Shown piece by piece: positions 57,187-64,000 of a stretch of 64,000 nt of DNA. Position 1 is the first letter of the stretch. Every line of letters starts with the position of its first letter. The translations under genes and the position numbers were made by a program. The DNA lies in the NCBI GenBank assembly GCA_958295675.1, contig OY282360.1:358394-422393 (forward strand), written 5' to 3'. Below the pieces are notes generated by a model that ran no database searches, was not told the origin of the DNA, and worked only from the letters and a program-made list of their open reading frames with translations. Source of the stretch: Minisyncoccota bacterium. Lineage in GTDB: Bacteria; Patescibacteriota; Minisyncoccia; Phycocordibacterales; JABAAK01.

Positions 57187-57381
57187 TACTATTACCCCTA
57201 CTCTCGTGGAAGTTCAAACACGCTCCCACTACTTATAGATACTTGCGAAAAGGCATACATTTTCTTATATACTCAATAAAAAAATATAGTATAGGGACAT
57301 TGCTTTATTTTTATAATTATAGTATAATAGATAATAGAGCAGTAAAACACCGAAACCCGTTGTTCAAGGAGAACACAACAC

Positions 57382-57981
57382 ATGAAAATTGCCCTTTTTC
57401 CACTGATGTTGCTTCTGGTACTCCCGAGCTATGCTCAGGAGGAGATCGTCAATACCTGTGTGATTTCCGTCACTCAGGAAGAGGCGCAGGCAATCATCCT
57501 CAACCCACAGCACATCGCCGAGGAGTTCAAACGGCACGAAGGCGATTTGTTCTGTCAGGAAGAAGAGGTTGTCCATTTGCTTTTGGAAAAAGTAGATGGT
57601 GGTGAGCAACCCTTCTTCCGACAGGTAGCTGAACAGTATGCCGACGGAAAAGTAGGCGGACACATCACCGCAAAAGCGCTAAGGAGGGTAGGTGATGACG
57701 ACACCTTTTTCAAGAGGATGTACGAAACCGCAACGCAGTATTCTGCGCGAACGGAAGCATTCCTGCGAATCAATGACTTGGCATATGTCAAGGAAAGGAT
57801 TGAGAGACAGGCAGCAAAGGCAGAGGAAGTCAGTTTTGGTCAGGCAAGCCCTGCGAGCACCTTTCTCGAAGCTCGTGGCAGCGAGGTGAAACGGGCGTAC
57901 CCTGAATTCATCAACACTCTCGCTGAGTCGGCACAAAACTCTTACATCAAGAGAGAGGCAGCTCGGCTCCGGCAGCAGTAG
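57382..57981 (+). CDS. secreted helical protein (signal peptide)
   Basis: MKIALFPLMLLLVLPSYAQEE signal. Hypothetical. Confidence 0.5.
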   Translation: MKIALFPLMLLLVLPSYAQEEIVNTCVISVTQEEAQAIILNPQHIAEEFKRHEGDLFCQEEEVVHLLLEKVDGGEQPFFRQVAEQYADGKVGGHITAKALRRVGDDDTFFKRMYETATQYSARTEAFLRINDLAYVKERIERQAAKAEEVSFGQASPASTFLEARGSEVKRAYPEFINTLAESAQNSYIKREAARLRQQ

Positions 57982-58044
57982 ACCTATAACCACCATGGAC
58001 ATCGTTCATGGTGGTTACTTTTTTAAAAGGATATTAAACGAATG

Positions 58045-58356
58045 CTATAAATTAAAGATAAGGTAAATAATAGCAATAAGGACTGAGAGAGCAAGCAAGA
58101 GTGCGTCTTCTTTCTTGTCCCACTTATCAAACCGCTTTCCTTTCTTCAAAAACGCCATAAGTGAAAAAACGATGGCCAAAAGAGCAAACAGAAGGAAAAC
58201 AGAGTTTTGTATTTTCAGGAATACGGATACGGCTGATGTAAATATGCCGTTCGCCGCATGCCATGAAAAAATCCAAAGCACCAAAGTAATTATCGGAGCT
58301 GTCAGAAAGAGTGCCGCAGCAAGGGAGGTTGTTTTAACTTTTATTTCTTTTAACAT
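58045..58356 (-). CDS. small membrane protein (3 TM)
   Basis: 103 aa, hydrophobic. Confidence 0.35.
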   Translation of the reverse strand: MLKEIKVKTTSLAAALFLTAPIITLVLWIFSWHAANGIFTSAVSVFLKIQNSVFLLFALLAIVFSLMAFLKKGKRFDKWDKKEDALLLALSVLIAIIYLIFNL

Positions 58357-58400
58357 ATGTTTTTATATTTCGGTAATATACAAAAAGTATAGCATATAAA

Positions 58401-59074
58401 TCAATCAAAAAGATGATCATGATGCTCACGAATGGAATAGTAATCATCCTGTGTAATGATAACATGATCAGCAAATGATATTCCGAGTATATCACCTGCC
58501 TCAACGAGTCGCTTGGTAACAGCGAGATCTGCATCCGACGGTTCACACACATTTGAAGGATGATTGTGCGCACCGATAATACACGCTGCGCTCCGCTCAA
58601 CCGCCTTGCTGAATACTTCTCGCGGATGCACAATGCTGGCATTTATCGTTCCGATACTCACCACTTCCCTATCAATTTCTCTGTTACGAGAATCAAGATA
58701 CAAAATGATAAAATGCTCTTTTTTACTGGCGCGCAGGTCAGCTAATGCTTCCCACACCCGTTCCGGTTTTATATCATCAAGGTTTTCCCACCCTCCGCGC
58801 ATACGAACGGCAAGTTCAACACAGGAAAGTATCTTGCTAATTTTCGCGTCACCGAGACCGTGAATATTCCGCAAATCTTCATGTGTTGCTCGGTAATTTC
58901 GGCGTTCTAAAACACTCCATATCTCATCGGCAAGGCGTTTTACATCTTTTTCTTTCGTGCCGCTTCCCAGCAGTATTTGCATCAGCTCCTGACTTGTCAG
59001 TTGCACAGCACCGCGATTCTTCAACTTTTCACGAGGTCTGTCCTCAATAGGAATATCTCTGAAATGTTTTTTCA
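58401..59074 (-). CDS. radC: RadC-like JAB/MPN domain protein
   Basis: HNHPSNVCEPSDADLAVTKRL...DHVII signature, N-terminal HhH. Start at MKKHFRD. Confidence 0.75.
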
Positions 59075-59144
59075 TCTGCGTGCAGTATAACATCAATAAT
59101 AGAAACAAAGATAAAGATATTTTTTACGGTACACTACTTTCAGT

Positions 59145-60653
59145 ATGGCGGATATATGCGAAGAACTACAGAAACAACTGCATGAGTTAGATGTTCTGCG
59201 GAAATCGTGTGGCTCTTTGCTTCTCAGAGAAGGAATGGAATCCGATGCGGCAAAGAAAACGATTGAGGAGTTTGATACACTGGCGGAACACTTGCGTGAT
59301 GAGGTCGCGTTTTACAGACAACCGTACAGTGAACATTTGGATATACTTGAAAAAAAGATAGACGACAAGAAACCGCTTGACAGACGGGAATGCGGTCTGT
59401 TGTACGGTGTGGATCGGTATCCAGGAAATGTCAGTGATGCTGAAAAAGTAAAACGATACACTCTAATAAAGAAAAGAACCGGTGCAGAGAAAAAAGAAGA
59501 TCTCAAACTTGCGCTTGAGGAACTCACCCCGCCGAGAGAGATTGATGGTGATTTGGATCTTGGTGATCTCACCTCCGCTGAGGGACTCATCCTGCCGGAA
59601 GAGATTGATGGTGATCTGTGGCTCAATGCTCTCACCTCCGCTGAGGGACTCACCCTGCCGAGGAAGATTGGTGACAGTTTGTTTCTCAACGGTCTCAAGT
59701 CCGCTGAGGGAATCACCTGGCCGGAAGAGATTGGTGATGATCTGCGGCTCAACAGACTCACCTCCGCTGAGGGACTCACCCTGCCGAGGAAGATTGTTGG
59801 TACTCTGATTCTCAACGGTCTCACCTCCGCGAAAGGACTCACCCTACCGGAAGAGATTGGTGGTAGACTGTATCTCAGCGGTCTCAAGTCCGCTGAGGGA
59901 CTCACCCTGCCGAGGAAGATTGGTGACAGTTTGTTTCTCAACGGTCTCAAGTCCGCTGAAGAACTCACACTACCAGAAGAGATTGGTGATGATCTGTGGC
60001 TCAGCGGTCTCACCTCCGCGAAAGGACTCACCCTGCCAGAAGAGATTGGTGGTTATCTGGTTCTCAGCGGTCTCACTTCCGCTGAAGAACTTACCCTGCC
60101 GAGGAAGATTGGTGGCGGTCTGGATCTCGGCGGTCTCACTTCCGCTGAAGAACTTACCCTGCCGAGGAAGATTGGTGGTGGTCTGTATCTCAGAGGTCTC
60201 ACCTCCGCGAAAGAACTCACGCTACCTGAAGAGATTGCTTATGATCTGGAACTCAACGGTCTCACCTCCGCGAAAGGACTCACCCTGCCAGAAGAGATTG
60301 GTGGTTATCTGGTTCTCAGCGGTCTCAAGTCCGCTGAAGAACTTACCCTGCCGAGGAAGATTGGTGACAGTTTGTTTCTCAACGGTCTCAAGTCCGCTGA
60401 AGAACTCACACTACCAGAAGAGATTGGTGACAGTCTGTGGCTCAGCGGTCTCACCTCCGCGAAAGGACTCACACTACCGGAAGAGATTGGTGGTAGACTG
60501 TATCTCAGCGGTCTCACATCCACTCAAGATATCACCAACTGGCCTGTCAAAATTGGAGGAATTGTGAAAATGAACACAGTACTACCGAAAAACGAGAAAG
60601 TAGAAATGGAGAAACGGTATCCTGGTCAGGTTAAGTATGTGGATTATTCCTAA
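59145..60653 (+). CDS. family-B protein (N-domain + about 15 repeats + C-terminal module)
   Basis: MADICEELQKQLHELDVLRKSCGSLLLREGMESDAAKK ... QDITNWPVKIGG ... EKRYPGQVKYVDYS. No SD; ATG lies about 13 nt after a tatact-like box. Confidence 0.7.
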   Translation: MADICEELQKQLHELDVLRKSCGSLLLREGMESDAAKKTIEEFDTLAEHLRDEVAFYRQPYSEHLDILEKKIDDKKPLDRRECGLLYGVDRYPGNVSDAEKVKRYTLIKKRTGAEKKEDLKLALEELTPPREIDGDLDLGDLTSAEGLILPEEIDGDLWLNALTSAEGLTLPRKIGDSLFLNGLKSAEGITWPEEIGDDLRLNRLTSAEGLTLPRKIVGTLILNGLTSAKGLTLPEEIGGRLYLSGLKSAEGLTLPRKIGDSLFLNGLKSAEELTLPEEIGDDLWLSGLTSAKGLTLPEEIGGYLVLSGLTSAEELTLPRKIGGGLDLGGLTSAEELTLPRKIGGGLYLRGLTSAKELTLPEEIAYDLELNGLTSAKGLTLPEEIGGYLVLSGLKSAEELTLPRKIGDSLFLNGLKSAEELTLPEEIGDSLWLSGLTSAKGLTLPEEIGGRLYLSGLTSTQDITNWPVKIGGIVKMNTVLPKNEKVEMEKRYPGQVKYVDYS

Positions 60654-60707
60654 TCATCAATAATAGAAACAAAGATAAAGATATTTTTATAGTATACTAC
60701 CCTCGGT

Positions 60708-61655
60708 ATGACAGATATATGCAAAGAGCTGCGGAAAGATCTGAAAGAACTGGACGCATTGCGGGAATCGTGTGTCTCCGCGCTTGTCAGAGAAGGAATG
60801 GAATCCGATGCGGCAAAGAAAACGATTGAGGAGTTTGATACGCTGGCGGAACACTTGCGTGATGTGGTGGCATTGTACAAACAGCCGTTCGGTGAGTATC
60901 TTGATATGCTTGAAAAAAAGATAGACGACAAGAAACCGCTTGACAGGCGGGAATGCGGTCTGTTGTACGGTGTGAATCGGTATCCAGGAAATGTCAGTGG
61001 TGCTGAAAAAGTAAAACGATACATTCTCATAGAAAAAAGAACCGGTGCAGAGAAAAAAGAAGATCTCAAACTTGCACTTGAGGAACTCACGCCGCCGAGA
61101 GAGATTGATGGTGATTTGAATCTTGGTGATCTCACCTCCGCTGAGGGACTCATCTTGCCGGAGAAAATTGGTGGTGATATGTACCTCCACAATCTCACCT
61201 CCGCAAAAGAACTCACGCTACCTGAAGAGATTGGTGGTGATCTGTGGCTCAGCGGTCTCACCTCCGCTGAAGAACTCACGCTACCTGAAGAGATTGGTGG
61301 TGATCTGTTTCTCAGCGATCTCACTTCCGCAAAAGAACTCACCCTGCCGAGGAAGATTGGTGGTGATATGTACCTCCACAGTCTCACCTCCGCAAAAGAA
61401 CTCACGCTACCTGAAGAGATTGGTGGTGATCTGTGGCTCAACGGTCTCACCTCCGCAAAAGAACTCACGCTACCTGAAGAGATTGGTGGTGATCTGTGGC
61501 TCGACGGTCTCACCACTATTATAGGTATCAAACACTGGCCATCAAAGACAGGAAGGGCTATGTTTATAAACAAAAAACTACCGCAAGAAGAGAAAAAAGA
61601 ACTGGAGAAACGGTATCCTTATCCTGGTCAGGTTAAGTATGTGGATCATTCCTAA
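60708..61655 (+). CDS. family-B protein (N-domain + about 7 repeats + C-terminal module)
   Basis: MTDICKELRKDLKELDALRESC..., ends KRYPYPGQVKYVDHS. Confidence 0.7.
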   Translation: MTDICKELRKDLKELDALRESCVSALVREGMESDAAKKTIEEFDTLAEHLRDVVALYKQPFGEYLDMLEKKIDDKKPLDRRECGLLYGVNRYPGNVSGAEKVKRYILIEKRTGAEKKEDLKLALEELTPPREIDGDLNLGDLTSAEGLILPEKIGGDMYLHNLTSAKELTLPEEIGGDLWLSGLTSAEELTLPEEIGGDLFLSDLTSAKELTLPRKIGGDMYLHSLTSAKELTLPEEIGGDLWLNGLTSAKELTLPEEIGGDLWLDGLTTIIGIKHWPSKTGRAMFINKKLPQEEKKELEKRYPYPGQVKYVDHS

Positions 61656-61712
61656 TCATCAATAATAGAAACAAAGATAAAGAGATATTTTTTATACTAC
61701 ACTACTCTTTAT

Positions 61713-62564
61713 ATGGCGGATATATGCGAAGAACTACGGAAACAACTGCATGAGTTAAATGTTCTGCGGGAATCATGTGTCTCGGCACTTGTCAGAGAAG
61801 GAATGGAATCCGATGCGGCAAAGAAAACGATTGAGGAGTTTGATACACTGGCGGAAGAATTGCGTGATGCGGTGGCATTGTACAAACAACCGTTTGATAA
61901 GCGTTTAAACGGTATAGAGCGGAAGATAAAGAAGAAAGAGAACCTGACAAAATGGGAATGCTGGGTGTTGTTAAACGGTATAGAGCGGAAGATAAAGAAG
62001 AAAGAGAACCTGACAAAATGGGAATGTCGGGTGCTGTATGGTATAGATTGGTATTCGGAAGGTGATGAGGGTAAGGAGTATTTTAGACGGAAAAATATAG
62101 AAGAAAGGAGGAGTGACAAAGAAAAGAAACAGGATCTTGCGCTTGCTTTTGATACCACTCCTGACCGTATTTCCGTGACTGAAAAAGAAGCACTTTCCGG
62201 TAACATACAGTACCATTATAATATTCTGAATCTCAATAGGTACACCTCAACAGAAGGACTCATCCTGCCGGAAGAAATTGGAGGTCATTTAGATCTCAAT
62301 AGATTTACCTTTATGGAAGGGTTTACCTTGCCAAAAAAGGTTGGAGGTAATCTGTATCTCCGCAGACTTATTTCCGCAAAAAGATTTATGCTGCCAGAGA
62401 GAATCAGAGGAGGTTTATATCTCCCCAGGCTCACCACAATTCAAGGCATCACAAGATGGCCGTCAAAACTGCTCATATTAGAAATAAACAGAGCATTACC
62501 CCAGGAAGAAAAAGAAGAACTGAAGAAACGGTATCCGGGTAAGATTAGTTATGTGGATTCCTAA
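61713..62564 (+). CDS. family-B protein, divergent repeats, internal 66-bp tandem duplication
   Basis: MADICEELRKQLHELNVLRESC.... The 61908-61973 segment is repeated at 61974-62039 (LNGIERKIKKKENLTKWEC x2). Confidence 0.65.
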   Translation: MADICEELRKQLHELNVLRESCVSALVREGMESDAAKKTIEEFDTLAEELRDAVALYKQPFDKRLNGIERKIKKKENLTKWECWVLLNGIERKIKKKENLTKWECRVLYGIDWYSEGDEGKEYFRRKNIEERRSDKEKKQDLALAFDTTPDRISVTEKEALSGNIQYHYNILNLNRYTSTEGLILPEEIGGHLDLNRFTFMEGFTLPKKVGGNLYLRRLISAKRFMLPERIRGGLYLPRLTTIQGITRWPSKLLILEINRALPQEEKEELKKRYPGKISYVDS

Positions 62565-63598
62565 TCATCAATAATAGATTCCGCTTGATCAAAGAAAGGC
62601 AGTGCAGATTCAGTTTGCCTCTCCAGCCACTCTTCATCTGTTACCAGTGTCCCTTGAAAGAATAGGACACAAGTGATTAAGAGTATGAATGTGCCAATAA
62701 TCATAGCAACCTGAAGCAATACCGGTGTTTTCTCTGTTTCCTGTGGTCTTTGACCAACAAGAAGATCGTTATACAACGCATATCCGTAGCAGAAACAAAA
62801 CGGCGCGAAGAGGATGATTGTCATGAACAGAATCAGAAAGAAAAGAATCGCGCCGATAGCAGGAGAAAATGCTATTAGGATAAGAGAGAGCATCAGGAGA
62901 CCGAACGCGATCGCAAAAACAATGATGCTGAGAAGAATGAGTCGGAACAACACACTGAACCATCTGTCGCGCACACAATAATAACTCTTTTTCAACGCAT
63001 TCATGGCAGTGTCCCGACCGGCGGCAAGTGCGAACGGAGCCTGAGAAATATATATGCTTGAAACAATGAAAAACAGGAATGAAACGATAGTGATCAGGAA
63101 GAATATCGGTCGGAATGCCGCTGAATATTCAAACATATTAAGTAGCGTACCGGCAATCTCAGGAATCAAACTAACAGCCCATACAATCCAGGTTAAAATA
63201 AGCAGTGCGATTAGCGAGAGAGATCTTCGTAATGATATCTTGAAAGATTCAAAAACACCGGCATTGTTTCCGGCAATTGCGGTAAAACAAGAGATAAGAA
63301 ACAACGCAAAAAAACCATTTTCAGCATATTCAATAATGTGAAAAAATTTCTCAACGGTGATAATTGAATCGGAAAAAACACGCGACATGATAGATGTCAG
63401 TGTTCCGAGTGTAAGATTTAGAGCAATCCATGCTATACTGACAAGAAAAACTACGCCGATGTATTTCCAAAAGTGCTGTTTAAGTAATCCGACAGCAGAT
63501 TTAAAGAGAGCAGAAATGCCGGAAAGTCCTTGGTGCGAAGTTTCTGGTTCTTCCTGCGAAGTTGTAGTTCCGGAAGAAGCGATATTTGTAGCATCCAT
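62561..63598 (-). CDS. polytopic membrane protein (8-10 TM), hypothetical
   Basis: Start MDATNIASSG. Highly hydrophobic. Flanked by direct ~190-bp copies of a family-B 3' end. Confidence 0.5.
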   Translation of the reverse strand: MDATNIASSGTTTSQEEPETSHQGLSGISALFKSAVGLLKQHFWKYIGVVFLVSIAWIALNLTLGTLTSIMSRVFSDSIITVEKFFHIIEYAENGFFALFLISCFTAIAGNNAGVFESFKISLRRSLSLIALLILTWIVWAVSLIPEIAGTLLNMFEYSAAFRPIFFLITIVSFLFFIVSSIYISQAPFALAAGRDTAMNALKKSYYCVRDRWFSVLFRLILLSIIVFAIAFGLLMLSLILIAFSPAIGAILFFLILFMTIILFAPFCFCYGYALYNDLLVGQRPQETEKTPVLLQVAMIIGTFILLITCVLFFQGTLVTDEEWLERQTESALPFFDQAESIIDD

Positions 63599-63734
63599 AA
63601 TGCAAAAGTATAGAAATAAATGATAATACAGCACATGACCATATCACCGCACATAGTATACCACACATGTTTTTATAACAAAGAACCGTTAAAAAGACAG
63701 GCATGGTATACTGAATTACTTATACAGGTATTCG

Positions 63735-63928
63735 CACTTATTTCCACAAAAAGATTTATGCTGCCAGAGAGAATCAGAGGAGATCTATATCTCTCCAGGC
63801 TCACCACAATTCAAGGCATCACAAGATGGCCGTCAAAACTGCTCATATTAGAAATAAACAGAGCATTACCCCAGAAAGAAAAAGAAGAACTGGAGAAACG
63901 GTATCCGGGCAAGGTTCATTATGGATAA
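63735..63928 (+). pseudogene. 3' fragment of a family-B gene (duplicate of 62375-62564)
   Basis: ...KRFMLPERIRGDLYLSRLTTIQGITRWPSKLLILEINRALPQKEKEELEKRYPGKVHYG. No N-terminal part. Confidence 0.45.
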
Positions 63929-64000
63929 AATAATGAAATGGAATACAATTAAAACTAAAAAACATCTTCACACAAGAAAGAGTACGGCATTTGATATATG

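Overview
Low-GC, compact bacterial chromosome segment with tightly packed genes and several GTG starts. By inference it resembles a small-genome, Patescibacteria/CPR-like lineage. Ordinary housekeeping genes are present: fba (class I), rplI, ctpA, cysS, dnaB, recR, rplU, murF, yqeY, rmuC, a dcw cluster (mraZ-rsmH-ftsL-ftsI), greA, mreBCD-mrdA, frr, a second mreB, a glutaredoxin, bcp, radC, four tRNAs and a GH130/mannoside cluster. About one third of the window is not ordinary. It consists of three arrays of paralogous repeat-protein genes that behave like recombining cassettes. (1) A minus-strand array of LRV-type (leucine-rich-repeat-variant) proteins lies at 26.9-33.6 kb, with two more LRV genes on the plus strand at 36.8-37.8 kb. 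(2) A plus-strand array (family A) of six genes at 37.9-45.3 kb encodes proteins built from a 22-aa, 66-bp tandem repeat, consensus LTSAKGLTLPEEIGGDLxLxGL; each gene has the same promoter, 5'UTR stem-loop, RBS and start, and the same 3' tail plus hairpin terminator. (3) Two inverted arrays (family B) at 51.3-55.7 kb on the minus strand and 59.1-64.0 kb on the plus strand encode a conserved ~150-aa N-terminal helical domain, the same 22-aa repeats, and a conserved C-terminal WP..KIGG..EKRYPGQVKY module; they flank a 3.4-kb unique segment. The arrays show frameshifts, deletions, module exchange between LRV and 22-aa-repeat genes, and 13 copies of a bidirectional CCCCAAACAC/GTGTTTGGGG hairpin terminator. 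A GC-rich, tandemly triplicated lipoprotein cassette at 9.9-12.65 kb carries an (AT)11 tract in its promoter spacer. Several structured non-coding RNA candidates lie at 1-1000 and 2794-2986.
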